DNA of 64,000 nt from the IMG/VR virus record IMGVR_UViG_3300030105_001626, positions 13,625-77,624 of that record. One strand, given 5' to 3'. Position 1 is the stretch's first letter. The number at the start of each line of letters is the position of its first letter. The position numbers were made by a program, and so were the translations under genes. Source of the stretch: a virus. Below are positions 10,810-20,959 of this stretch, in pieces. The notes under the pieces are model-generated. The model was not told the DNA's origin, made no database searches, and worked only from the letters and a program-made list of their open reading frames with translations.

Positions 10810-11602
10810 TCCTTAATTCATCAGATTCTCTAAGTGTAACTTCGTGTAATTTATATTCTGGTTCAAAACTCTTAATATCTTCATCATAAACTTCTTTCAT
10901 GAATTTAGGATAAACATCAGAGAATATATGTGCCATTTCTTTATTTGCATCTGTAACATCATAGGTTGTGTGTCTACCTGGATGATACATTGAAGCTGCA
11001 TGTATTACACCACATTTTTCTTTAGTGATTGAGGATAATATCCAATCAAATCCATATCCACTTTTTACGTCATGATATTCCATAAACTTTAATATTTTAG
11101 GTATCAGTGATGAATGAATAAACACTGCCATGCCTTCATTAAAATTAGTTAAACTATATTTCATTGAAGTATCTTGATGAAGTATATTGTGACTACACTC
11201 TGAACCATGCATTGTAGATAACTGAAATATTTTAATATTTTCTTCTTTAGCAATCTCTAAACCACGATTCACATTTTTAATGTCAGTAACTAAGTCATCG
11301 TCCCAAAAACCAATATATTCATAGTCACGATAATCATAAGTCTCAAGAAAATGTTTTACCATCTCCCACTTAAATCCTGTGTCTTTTTGGATTATATCAT
11401 AACTATCATCTTCAACCGGACAATCATTGTAACTATAAGCTACAACTGAATAGTCTCTTTCTTCTCCTTTTGTAGAACGCCAATGATTATCTTTATCATA
11501 ATTCTCATGATAGTTTAGTGGTATTCCTACTGGAACAACTATTACATTCTTAGAATTTATGAATGTTTCTGCACCTGGTTTAGGCTGTTTCATTTTGTTC
11601 AT
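10802..11602 (-). CDS. glycosyltransferase-like protein (DUF707-like)
   Basis: YEYIGFWDDDL DxD-type motif, SGYGFDW. Confidence 0.65.
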   Translation of the reverse strand: MNKMKQPKPGAETFINSKNVIVVPVGIPLNYHENYDKDNHWRSTKGEERDYSVVAYSYNDCPVEDDSYDIIQKDTGFKWEMVKHFLETYDYRDYEYIGFWDDDLVTDIKNVNRGLEIAKEENIKIFQLSTMHGSECSHNILHQDTSMKYSLTNFNEGMAVFIHSSLIPKILKFMEYHDVKSGYGFDWILSSITKEKCGVIHAASMYHPGRHTTYDVTDANKEMAHIFSDVYPKFMKEVYDEDIKSFEPEYKLHEVTLRESDELRID

Positions 11603-12264
11603 TTGTAGCTTCCACCTTTTGCAATAAATAAATTTGTATTAGTTTCAATAAGTTCATCTGTTATTGTGAATGGTGTCTTATAATCATTACTCTTGAAAAA
11701 TTCTTTTGCGGCCATGTCATGGTTAATAAAAAACATACTATTCTTAGCAACCAAGTCCGCATCACTAGTTTTAGATATTTCATCTGATATATCTTTTTTA
11801 TATTCTAGGCCATATTCATTAAATCTATCAATCCAATAATCTTTCGGTTTACAATTTACATGATGATGTCCTGGCTGACCAGGAACTGCAGCCGTACACC
11901 AGATATATTTTGCTTGCTTAAAGGTTGATATAAAGTTTTTGATGTATTTTTCTTCTACATGTTCTAAAAATTCAGTTGAATATGCCAAATCAAATGATTC
12001 AGTAGAGTTATATTCACCTAAAGTATAATCATGTATGTGTATATACTCTTTATTATTTTTGATTGTCTCATCACCATCAACACCAATAGAATATATTCCA
12101 ATATGGTTTGCGTACTCAACCATTCCGCCTGGTCCACATCCAATATCAATCATAGACTTTATATCATATTTTTGTTTAATTAAATCTAAGGTTGGTTTTA
12201 ACATCGAGGTGAAATCATAATGTCCACCTAAGTGTGGTGGTAAAATAAATTGTTTATTTGCCAT
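11599..12264 (-). CDS. class I SAM-dependent methyltransferase
   Basis: MIDIGCGPG, STEFLEH, PGQPGHHHVN; start placed at MANKQF after SD GAGAGG. Confidence 0.85.
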   Translation of the reverse strand: MANKQFILPPHLGGHYDFTSMLKPTLDLIKQKYDIKSMIDIGCGPGGMVEYANHIGIYSIGVDGDETIKNNKEYIHIHDYTLGEYNSTESFDLAYSTEFLEHVEEKYIKNFISTFKQAKYIWCTAAVPGQPGHHHVNCKPKDYWIDRFNEYGLEYKKDISDEISKTSDADLVAKNSMFFINHDMAAKEFFKSNDYKTPFTITDELIETNTNLFIAKGGSYK

Positions 12265-13120
12265 CTTTAAATTTCCTCTCAATAGATTCTTTCCATTCTG
12301 GTACTCTGTCATATTGATGTACTAATGCAAAAGGTTTTCCCTCTGAGGTACAAACCATTCCATCTTTCATAATAGGAGATTGTTCAAGAAGTTTATCGCC
12401 ATATTCTTTTGCTATTTGTGGTCCTGTTGTGCCTAATTGTGCAGCCCAACCATCCTCACTATTTGCAAAATTTGTAATATCTTGATATGTCTTCATTTGT
12501 AATAATACATTTAGTGCAGCTTGGTCTGGACCACCACCGCCTTCTATATTATGATTAGTACTATTTGATAACATGTATATATTCAAAAACAAATCAACCA
12601 TAGTATCGAATTTGCCAGAGATTGTACCTGCATTGTATATAGGATTATTAACACATTCTTCATGTACTAATGGACCAAAAGATTTCATTAGATTATTTGT
12701 TCCCCACTGCTCATCTTTATATGCAATAGATTCACAAGCAACATTGATTTCTTTATCACCAAGGTTCTCATCTAACCAAATTGATGGATTAGTTTGAAAG
12801 ATAACATCTTTAACATCAGTTGTGATGATTCGATTATATTGACCTTTCATTCGTTTGAGTAAATACCATAGATGCAAGAATCGTTCTACAACAATCTGAA
12901 ATTCTTCTTTAGGGTATTTGAATGTTTCTTTTTCTTCGTCTTTGCCAAATGCGAGAATTGAATAATCTCTTTTGACTAATTCATCAACTGTTTTATAATC
13001 TATGTTGTAGCAAATCATAGCTTTTGTTCCAGTAAAACCAGAACGGTCTAAAGAATTGACCCAAGGTTTGATTTTCTCAAAATTGTATCCTGTAATACAA
13101 CCAATCACCATGTCTTTCAT
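12254..13120 (-). CDS. putative GT-A glycosyltransferase
   Basis: TDVKDVIFQ, NAGTISG, DQAALN and VHQYDR motifs. Confidence 0.65.
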   Translation of the reverse strand: MKDMVIGCITGYNFEKIKPWVNSLDRSGFTGTKAMICYNIDYKTVDELVKRDYSILAFGKDEEKETFKYPKEEFQIVVERFLHLWYLLKRMKGQYNRIITTDVKDVIFQTNPSIWLDENLGDKEINVACESIAYKDEQWGTNNLMKSFGPLVHEECVNNPIYNAGTISGKFDTMVDLFLNIYMLSNSTNHNIEGGGGPDQAALNVLLQMKTYQDITNFANSEDGWAAQLGTTGPQIAKEYGDKLLEQSPIMKDGMVCTSEGKPFALVHQYDRVPEWKESIERKFKDGK

Positions 13121-13158
13121 ATAAATTTCCTTATATAATAAATATTAAAACTTCATTT

Positions 13159-13983
13159 TTACAGACTGCCAAACCCATTTGGATTATGACCTGAACCAGC
13201 ATCTTGAACTGTTCGTCCGTCTTTACCTCTGTTTACACCTTTTGCTATCTTCTTCCATGTTTTAAAACTTCCTTTAGAAGTAGAGTAAGGTGTATCTTTC
13301 TTGTATTTATTCACCAACTCCGTAGTACCTATTTCGCCAGCGCCATACTCTTCTTTAATTGTTTTTACTGTACCATCTTTATTAGCAAGCCAAGCTTCAA
13401 ACTTAATCTCTGGAAACATTCTTTGTAATTTTAAGAACTCACTTAGATTAGGTAAACTATCATCAAACAATCTTACACGACTGAACTGACCAGTCTTTAA
13501 ATAATTATATATGATAATTGCTTTTGCTCTTGTTGTTGCTACGCCTTTTAATTTGCCAGCTCTTTCAACACGAACTTTATCAATATTAAAACCATGTTTT
13601 CTAAAAGTATCTAAGAACACTTTTTTATTATTCATATCTTGTCTAGCAGTTACAATGATAACTTTACTCTTTGGTGTAGCTAAAGAATTCTTAAGAATAA
13701 TCTTGGCTTTTGCCATCATTCTTTTAATTGGTCTAGATTCTTTATTAAACTTCTCTGCATCTTTCATTTCAGAGAAATCAAATGACTCACCAGCTTTTAA
13801 TTTATATTTAGAATAGGTGCCAGTCTCTAATCTTTTTACTAATTTCTTACCTTTTCTGACTAAGACATTAGCTGTAGTTTCAAATAGAGTATCATCTATA
13901 TCAAATATAGTCAGTCCACCTAAAGCCTCAGTTTTCTCTGCAAGTAAGTTTTCTGTTAAGAAGGCGTCAAATTTTAGCAACAA
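13159..13983 (-). CDS. HAD-superfamily phosphatase-like protein
   Basis: IFDIDDTL motif I, VTAR motif II, LFDD motif IV. Confidence 0.75.
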   Translation of the reverse strand: MLLKFDAFLTENLLAEKTEALGGLTIFDIDDTLFETTANVLVRKGKKLVKRLETGTYSKYKLKAGESFDFSEMKDAEKFNKESRPIKRMMAKAKIILKNSLATPKSKVIIVTARQDMNNKKVFLDTFRKHGFNIDKVRVERAGKLKGVATTRAKAIIIYNYLKTGQFSRVRLFDDSLPNLSEFLKLQRMFPEIKFEAWLANKDGTVKTIKEEYGAGEIGTTELVNKYKKDTPYSTSKGSFKTWKKIAKGVNRGKDGRTVQDAGSGHNPNGFGSL

Positions 13984-13984
13984 A

Positions 13985-14293
13985 CTATCCTCGTGTCAAT
14001 GTAAGTATTTTTTGGATTTGTTGCTCAACTGATTCTTTACGTTTTGGCCAATATATGTATTCTTTATCGGCAGTTTTAAGTAGTTTGCTAAAGAATGGTA
14101 ATACTAGTTTCTCTAGGTCTGCTAACTTCTCTTCATATTCCTCGACTGTTGAATTCTTTTCTCTTTGTGATTGTGTAGCTACATCTTCAATTACTTTTTT
14201 GTAATCTTTTTCAGATACAGTATCAAACACTGAACTGAAGCCGAAATCATCGTCTCCATATTCTGCTATAATTGCATTAATATCATATGCCAT
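13985..14293 (-). CDS. hypothetical protein
   Basis: 102 aa; KEYIYWPKR motif; operonic. Confidence 0.7.
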   Translation of the reverse strand: MAYDINAIIAEYGDDDFGFSSVFDTVSEKDYKKVIEDVATQSQREKNSTVEEYEEKLADLEKLVLPFFSKLLKTADKEYIYWPKRKESVEQQIQKILTLTRG

Positions 14294-14295
14294 CT

Positions 14296-15546
14296 TTATT
14301 TACTCCAATTTTTGGCAGCATTAAAATTAGATTGACTAAACTCTAATCTATCTACTAATTTAACTGCATTACCTTTTAAGTGGTCAACTGCAACGAAACC
14401 TTCTGGTGCAGTTATTCTATAACCTGAATCTGTTTTAATAAATGTTCTCGCTACTTGGTCTACTGATTGTAGTTTATTAATTATCATCAGTTTAGCCTCA
14501 GTAACTCCATTTTGTATATCGAATATTCTTTTTAGTTCAACTGCATTATTACGGAAGAATCGCATCACTTCAGATTTCTTTAACTGGCGATTTCTTTTTG
14601 TTTCTGCTCGTTTAGCTTCTAATATCTCAGCATTCATTTGTTTTTCAACATCGAGAATGAGTTGTCTAGTATGTTGCATTGTATCTCGAATTGTTTGGCC
14701 TTCTCTAACTTTTTTATTATTGAATACTTTAATGTATTGTCTTATCACTGAATTGTCTTTAATTCTATTCATTACTGATGGACTTGCCTGTCTAAACAAT
14801 TGACCAACATCAGACAATATTCTAGTGATTGCTTTAGTTTCTTGTATTGTAAATGTAGCTGTACCAGATGTATCAGTAAAGTCTGCATCACGAAACCAAA
14901 CATCTTTAGTTGTACTTAAATTTTTAATATCTATATTGAAACTTGCTTTCATTTGTTCCATTGTTTGACCTGCATATGAGGTATGAAATACAATTCCTAC
15001 ATGAGCAGCTCTCATACTACTGGCTAATTTTGAATCAGCTGGTACTGCATATGTAATAGTATTTGGTGTAAATGTAATAAACTTTTCGCCTGAAATTGAT
15101 TCAGTTCTTATATCACCTTTAGTAAACATCATATCACCTTGTAAGATGCCTTTGATACCAAGTTTTGGTAAATATCTTAATGATGTTTTTAGTTTCTTAT
15201 TGAGACCTTCAGCAGGATGATTTTTATCTATATCTGCATTTGTATAATTTAGTTTAGCGTTCTTTGTAAAGACACTCTTTGTTCCAACAAAAAACTTTTT
15301 GTTCTCTGGATTAATACCAACAAATATTGCAGGAGCGCCGTCCCACTTTGTAGTGATATTAACTTTTGACGTAGAGTTTCCCGCCAACATATCTCTTAAT
15401 GATTGTAAGAAGTTTATAGCTTCACGAGTACCTGCTACACCATTATCTAACACGATGTCTTCAAGATGTTCAAGATGTAAATTCTTACCTGAACTAGCTT
15501 CAGTAAGAACTTCTATTTGTTTTATTTTATCATTAAATTTATACAT
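14296..15546 (-). CDS. conserved phage protein with ATP-dependent ligase-like nucleotidyltransferase motifs
   Basis: TKWDGAP (KxDG), PEGFV and VKLVDR resemble ligase motifs I, IV and V. Confidence 0.55.
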   Translation of the reverse strand: MYKFNDKIKQIEVLTEASSGKNLHLEHLEDIVLDNGVAGTREAINFLQSLRDMLAGNSTSKVNITTKWDGAPAIFVGINPENKKFFVGTKSVFTKNAKLNYTNADIDKNHPAEGLNKKLKTSLRYLPKLGIKGILQGDMMFTKGDIRTESISGEKFITFTPNTITYAVPADSKLASSMRAAHVGIVFHTSYAGQTMEQMKASFNIDIKNLSTTKDVWFRDADFTDTSGTATFTIQETKAITRILSDVGQLFRQASPSVMNRIKDNSVIRQYIKVFNNKKVREGQTIRDTMQHTRQLILDVEKQMNAEILEAKRAETKRNRQLKKSEVMRFFRNNAVELKRIFDIQNGVTEAKLMIINKLQSVDQVARTFIKTDSGYRITAPEGFVAVDHLKGNAVKLVDRLEFSQSNFNAAKNWSK

Positions 15547-15565
15547 TTGTTCTCTTTATGGGTCC

Positions 15566-15594
15566 ATTATAACACAATAAGCAAGAAAAGTCAA
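15566..15594 (-). promoter_or_regulatory. sigma70-type early promoter
   Basis: TTGACT-N17-TATAAT. Confidence 0.85.
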
Positions 15595-15620
15595 GCATTT
15601 GTTTGGTTCTATTTATCTCA

Positions 15621-17018
15621 TTAAAATAACTTACCAAAGGGGCCAAATCGAGCGCCTTTTTTCTCTGCAAGATATAACATATCAGTTAATAATTCATTTC
15701 TTTTAGAATTTGTTAAATTGATAATATAACACACAAAATCTAATTGTTGCAATTTAGATGTAGATACACCATTACTTTGGTCTGCTGAATTAAATGATTT
15801 AGTCATATTATCAATAAACTTATTGTTAGTAATACCTGTATCTATATTATCTTGAAACTTTTGTTTATTAACCATAATAAATTTATCTAAATATTTCTTT
15901 TCTACATTTTTAAACTCATCAGCTGTTTGTGGGTATAATCGCCAGTTATTTTTAAAATCTTTAATACCATATTCTGGCAATAATGCTGCTAACATATCTA
16001 ATGGTACTTTACCTAATCTGGCTGCGCCAGCACCTATCTTTGTTGGTTCAAACTTTAAATTATTAAAACCTTTAGAGTTTTGTCTTAACTGAAACTTGGC
16101 ACCTGCTGTGCCTGATTTAATTGTAATTACTGTATCTGTAGTGCTTAATGTACCATCTGGTTTAGAAGTCATTATCATTCTAATGCTATCTAATTCAAGT
16201 TTATCAGCTTTTGGTATATTAGAAACCATATTTACATCTTCCCACCTAGCAGTTTTACCTGTAACAGCTTTTAATGATACACCTACAAGTGTCTTGTTTT
16301 TATACATCAACCTCATAGTATCGTTCAATTTACTTATACTAGGATTACTACCTTCAACACTTTCTTCTATTTCATTTTTAATCATCCAAATATCAGCAGG
16401 ATTCCATGAATCTTTTTTAGAGATGCCAAATTTTTCTATGATTAGTTTCGTTATGAAGTCCATAAAACCACCATCTCTATTAATTTCTGTAAAACCAGAA
16501 CCTGCATATAAAGATTTTATCTTTAAACCTTGTGCATATAAACCTTGTAACCAATTATCATTGATTTGAGGATATACTTTTACCAATCTATTAAAGAATG
16601 GTTCATCTTTGGCTATTGCTTCAGGTGAGTTGTATGTTTTATTTTCTTGTAAAACTCTTTTCACCATCTCTAGTGAAGCTCGTTCTTGCATGGCAGTTGT
16701 AAATCCGTCTGAGGCATTAACTGAAATTTTACCTGTTTCTAAAAATCTTAATGTACCTACACCAAAGTCAACAACAGAAGACTTTTTACCACCACTAGTA
16801 ACGATTTTAGCTTTATCATCGTTTTTTAATAAAGTTCCAATAGCCAAAAAGTTTTTAGTAGATACTTTTACAATATGAATTTTTGAAGGTGAAAATTTAG
16901 TATCATCAGCAAAAAAAGCACCTTCTTGCATTTTGTCAAAATAAGGTTTACTGCTTTTGAATAAATCAGGGGTGAAGTGTTTTTTTATTCCAAGTTTTGT
17001 GGTTATATTGAAAGCCAT
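15621..17018 (-). CDS. hypothetical protein, possible PD-(D/E)xK nuclease fold
   Basis: WNPADIW...VGVSLK; start at MAFNIT after SD AGGAG. Confidence 0.55.
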   Translation of the reverse strand: MAFNITTKLGIKKHFTPDLFKSSKPYFDKMQEGAFFADDTKFSPSKIHIVKVSTKNFLAIGTLLKNDDKAKIVTSGGKKSSVVDFGVGTLRFLETGKISVNASDGFTTAMQERASLEMVKRVLQENKTYNSPEAIAKDEPFFNRLVKVYPQINDNWLQGLYAQGLKIKSLYAGSGFTEINRDGGFMDFITKLIIEKFGISKKDSWNPADIWMIKNEIEESVEGSNPSISKLNDTMRLMYKNKTLVGVSLKAVTGKTARWEDVNMVSNIPKADKLELDSIRMIMTSKPDGTLSTTDTVITIKSGTAGAKFQLRQNSKGFNNLKFEPTKIGAGAARLGKVPLDMLAALLPEYGIKDFKNNWRLYPQTADEFKNVEKKYLDKFIMVNKQKFQDNIDTGITNNKFIDNMTKSFNSADQSNGVSTSKLQQLDFVCYIINLTNSKRNELLTDMLYLAEKKGARFGPFGKLF

Positions 17019-17062
17019 ACTTCTCCTTTGTATTAGTCTATTTATGCTATAGCATAACACAC

Positions 17063-18181
17063 TTATCGGATGATGTCAATCTCTTTTTCGCCTGTCCACA
17101 CTTCTATATCATTTCTTAATCTATTATCTTTCTTTAGATTCTCATATCGATTACTAGCTTTCTTCTTCCACCATTCAATGATATTTTCTAGATTATGTTT
17201 TTCATAATTTTCTTTATCTTTGATTATCTTATCAGTTTTGCCTGTAACGATATCTATGAAGTTCTTGATACCATAATTTGAGACATAGTATCTTTTCTTT
17301 TCAGTTAGATTCAATGCGTTCTTAATAGTATTCTCGAAGCCTTCATATTCTGGTGTGCCTTTAAGTGCAACTTTCGTTAATGACATTATCTTATTTGATA
17401 TCTTCAATTTACGAGATGTAGCATCAGCTGGCACCAAAGGTTCGCCAATGGCAGCTTCAACATATTTCTTTAAATCTTCATATATTGGTCCATGCATCAT
17501 GGGAAGAAAAGCAGAATCAGTCAAACCTTTGAATCTTATTAATGGTTTCATACCATCATACTGTGAGGACGCCTTGGAACTGCCATACAAACTTGTTGTT
17601 TCAAACATACAGGTGTTCATTTTATATTTGGCGTTAAGCCTTTCACGAACCCAATGCGAACAACATATAGCGGCCAATAATTTGCCACCAAGATAATTAA
17701 AACCGAATGGTTGCGATGGCACAATCACAAAACCCATCATAGTGGTTTTATTAAATGCTGAAGCTCCTTCTGCAGTTTGCGAGAAGACCGACTCCAACAT
17801 CTGGTTTCTTGGTTTCATATTAATTACTGGAGAACCAAGGCGTATAAACCCGACCCATTTCTGAGTATTTTTTTCTAATACAGCCAACCTTAAACATCTA
17901 CCAGGAATACTGGTCATATTAGAGTGAGACGAAATCATATTGAGATAGATGTCCCATTTGTCTTGTGGTAATTCCACAATTTCTAAATCCATATCTCTTG
18001 GATGAATACTAAAATCTGTAAATAAATCTTCTTCTGGTCCCATGCCTGGTAAAACAAAAGGCCTATCAGCCAAAGAGTTTAGTTTCTGGTCACGAATGTA
18101 GTCATCAATTCTTTCAAATCGGTCAAAGTAATCTGAATAAACTTTTGCACAATGAACTGCCTGTTCTTTGGTTAATCTCAT
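17063..18181 (-). CDS. DUF4338 (DruA)-like protein, paralog 2
   Basis: PGRxLRL, PFGFNYLGGKLLA, ETTSLYG and SQYDG motifs shared with 36619..37899. Confidence 0.65.
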   Translation of the reverse strand: MRLTKEQAVHCAKVYSDYFDRFERIDDYIRDQKLNSLADRPFVLPGMGPEEDLFTDFSIHPRDMDLEIVELPQDKWDIYLNMISSHSNMTSIPGRCLRLAVLEKNTQKWVGFIRLGSPVINMKPRNQMLESVFSQTAEGASAFNKTTMMGFVIVPSQPFGFNYLGGKLLAAICCSHWVRERLNAKYKMNTCMFETTSLYGSSKASSQYDGMKPLIRFKGLTDSAFLPMMHGPIYEDLKKYVEAAIGEPLVPADATSRKLKISNKIMSLTKVALKGTPEYEGFENTIKNALNLTEKKRYYVSNYGIKNFIDIVTGKTDKIIKDKENYEKHNLENIIEWWKKKASNRYENLKKDNRLRNDIEVWTGEKEIDIIR

Positions 18182-19575
18182 ATTTTAAAATCACCATATC
18201 CATTTTTACTACTCTCACGACTGCCAAATGTATTTACTGGTTTATCTGCCTGTGTACCAGTATCTAATAGTTCAAGTTGTGCTGATGGTTCTGCATCATA
18301 CAATCTCATTTTAGCTCTATCAATACCTACAACGAATCTTTTATAATAAGAAGGGTCATTGTATCTATTCTTTAATTGTTTAACCATGATTTGACCAAGG
18401 CCTTCAAGTTCTTCATTATTAATTAAAGCAAACATAAAGTCAGCAGTTGCTGGCAAGCCAAATGATTCTGAAGTATCTTCTAGACCAGGGTCTGAACTAG
18501 TAAAGCCACCTCTTGTGGTTTGTGTAGCAGACATTATTGGAACATTTGCTTCTACAGCCAAACCTCTTAGTTCTTCTGCAATCGATTTAATATATGAATA
18601 ACTATTTACATTAGAACCTGGTCTTATACGAGCAGATGTACATATATTTAAATAATCAATAAAGATAATTTCTGGTTTGAAACTCTTCTTTAAAGCAAGT
18701 TCATTGATAAGAGCTCTGAAGTGTAATGCAGAAGCAGCCGCAGTAGGATATTCTTTGATGATTAATTTACCATGAGTTTTACTTTTTAAGTTCTCAAATT
18801 TAACATTAAAATCTTTCTTACTTAATGTATGTAAATCGGTCATTGTAACATCTAATAAGTTAGCATCAATTCTTTCTGCAATCTTTTCTTCTGACATTTC
18901 TAAAGTAATGTATAAAACATTTTGGCCTTGAGATAAACAATTTGCAGCCATGTGACACATGAATAATGATTTACCAACACCAGTACCAGCAAGAGCAATG
19001 TTTAGAGTCTTGACTGGAAGACCGCCTTTAGTAATCTTATTGAATAGGTCTAAATCAAACTTAACTTTGTTTTCTACTTTATGCATCATCTCAAATCTGG
19101 CATCTTGGTCTTCAGTGTAATCGTGACCAACATGGCTATCAAAAGATACACCAAGGGCATCTGATAGTAGTTTTGGTATTTCACCTTTTGGTTTTTTGTG
19201 TTCTTTGTCATCAAGTATTTGAACTGAATCCATAATAGCATTATAGATTGCTTTGTCTTGACAGAACTTTTCGGTCTCATTAATTAACCATGCTGTATCA
19301 GTTGGTTCATTCTTAGTGAGATGAATTTGTTTTAGAAGTTCAATAGATTCAGAAACTTGAGTTTCATTCAAGTCCTTCTTCTCTGTAAAATTAATTACAA
19401 GAGCTTCATGTGTTGGTGGGTTTTTGTACTGTTGAATAAAATCAAAGACTTCTTTGAAGACTATCTTTTCAGAATTGTCAGCAAAGTATTCAGGTCTTAT
19501 GAATGGTAAAACTTTTCTTGCATATTCATCATTGTATATTAGGTTCTTCAGTATTGTCGATTCTAGTCTGTTCAT
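18178..19575 (-). CDS. gp41: replicative DNA helicase
   Basis: AGTGVGKS Walker A, IIKEYPT, IFIDYLNI, SESFGLPATAD. Confidence 0.95.
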   Translation of the reverse strand: MNRLESTILKNLIYNDEYARKVLPFIRPEYFADNSEKIVFKEVFDFIQQYKNPPTHEALVINFTEKKDLNETQVSESIELLKQIHLTKNEPTDTAWLINETEKFCQDKAIYNAIMDSVQILDDKEHKKPKGEIPKLLSDALGVSFDSHVGHDYTEDQDARFEMMHKVENKVKFDLDLFNKITKGGLPVKTLNIALAGTGVGKSLFMCHMAANCLSQGQNVLYITLEMSEEKIAERIDANLLDVTMTDLHTLSKKDFNVKFENLKSKTHGKLIIKEYPTAAASALHFRALINELALKKSFKPEIIFIDYLNICTSARIRPGSNVNSYSYIKSIAEELRGLAVEANVPIMSATQTTRGGFTSSDPGLEDTSESFGLPATADFMFALINNEELEGLGQIMVKQLKNRYNDPSYYKRFVVGIDRAKMRLYDAEPSAQLELLDTGTQADKPVNTFGSRESSKNGYGDFKI

Positions 19576-19885
19576 GTTTTTGTTGTGCCATTATAATGTC
19601 GGATAGAATTTCACCCATAATTTCTTCAAATTCTCCGTCTTTCTGTAGTTCATCTATATCATGTGTGCCTGGGGATAATATAGTGAAACCAAATTGTAGT
19701 CGGGCGCCTTCGCCTTCTTCAACTACCCTCGCTTTATGATAATGATATAGAACACCTTCATATTCTGGTATCATTAAACCAATTGCTGTCACTGGTGCAT
19801 CTTCAAAAGTTGCACCATCTGGATTGACATATTGCCAATCCAAATCTTTTTTATACTTTGTCTGTTTCTGTTTTTTTGGATTCAT
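19529..19885 (-). CDS. hypothetical protein in the T4 gp40 syntenic position
   Basis: Lies between uvsX and gp41; start uncertain. Confidence 0.55.
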   Translation of the reverse strand: MNPKKQKQTKYKKDLDWQYVNPDGATFEDAPVTAIGLMIPEYEGVLYHYHKARVVEEGEGARLQFGFTILSPGTHDIDELQKDGEFEEIMGEILSDIIMAQQKHEQTRIDNTEEPNIQ

Positions 19886-20945
19886 TGTTGTCCAAAACAT
19901 CTGAAGATAATAAGCTACTCTCTCCCAAAATGTTAGAATAGGCAATTTCATATTTTTTACTCACATAATCAGTGAACTCTGGATTACTTAAAATAGATTT
20001 CATAAACTCTTCTGTTTGAGTGTCAGCTAATCTTACTTTATCTTCAATTTCACCAGTTGTTCGGTCAATTTTAGCATACCATCCTGGACTTGGTTTAGAA
20101 ACAAACCCACCTTCTATTGCTAGAGGAATTAAACCAGAATATTTCTGTATACCACCTTCCCATGATACTGTTATAGGAATCTTACTCTTCTCTTTTACAT
20201 ATCTAGATTTTTCTACATTAATAATAAAGTTATATCCTGTAACTTCTTTTCCCTCTTTTTCTTGTTGACGACCAACAATGTATATACTATCAGCTGAGTA
20301 ATAAGAACCTGTACCACCACCAACAATATCTTTAGGGAACATACCAATTTCTTTGTAAGTATGATTAACTACAACCATTGGAATATCTTTAAGATTCAAA
20401 TGCGGAGTAATCATTCTGAATAGAGACTTAACTTGTTTAGCACGAGACATATCTGCCACTGATTTGCCATCCATTGCATCATCAACTTCTTTCTTCGAAG
20501 CAAGATTACCAATAGAATCAATTAGAATAATAATTTTATCACCACGTTCAATAGACTCTAGTTGTTTCATAATATCAAACTTGAGTTCTTCAATGTTAGT
20601 TAGAGGAGTATGTAACACTCTTCCCATATCAATATTAAATGTCTCAAAGTATTTCTTTGGCGTACCAAACTCTGAATCATAAAATAATAACACTGCATCA
20701 GGATATTTGTCTAGATATGATTTTGCCATCAATAAACTAAATGCAGTTTTAAAATGTTTAGATGGACCGGCCCACATCGTAAGACCTGGTGTTAATCCGC
20801 CATCTATTCTTCCAGATAATGCCACATTAACCATTGGTATTTCAGTGGATATCATATCTTTTGCATTAAAGAATTTAGAACTAGAAAGAATTGAACTTTC
20901 TTTGATGGTTGAATTGCTTTTTATTCTATCAAGTATACTGCTCAT
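19851..20945 (-). CDS. uvsX: RecA-like recombinase
   Basis: AGPSKHFKT, FYDSEFG, DSIGNLAS. Confidence 0.95.
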   Translation of the reverse strand: MSSILDRIKSNSTIKESSILSSSKFFNAKDMISTEIPMVNVALSGRIDGGLTPGLTMWAGPSKHFKTAFSLLMAKSYLDKYPDAVLLFYDSEFGTPKKYFETFNIDMGRVLHTPLTNIEELKFDIMKQLESIERGDKIIILIDSIGNLASKKEVDDAMDGKSVADMSRAKQVKSLFRMITPHLNLKDIPMVVVNHTYKEIGMFPKDIVGGGTGSYYSADSIYIVGRQQEKEGKEVTGYNFIINVEKSRYVKEKSKIPITVSWEGGIQKYSGLIPLAIEGGFVSKPSPGWYAKIDRTTGEIEDKVRLADTQTEEFMKSILSNPEFTDYVSKKYEIAYSNILGESSLLSSDVLDNNESKKTETDKV

Positions 20946-20959
20946 AATTTGTGCCGTCC

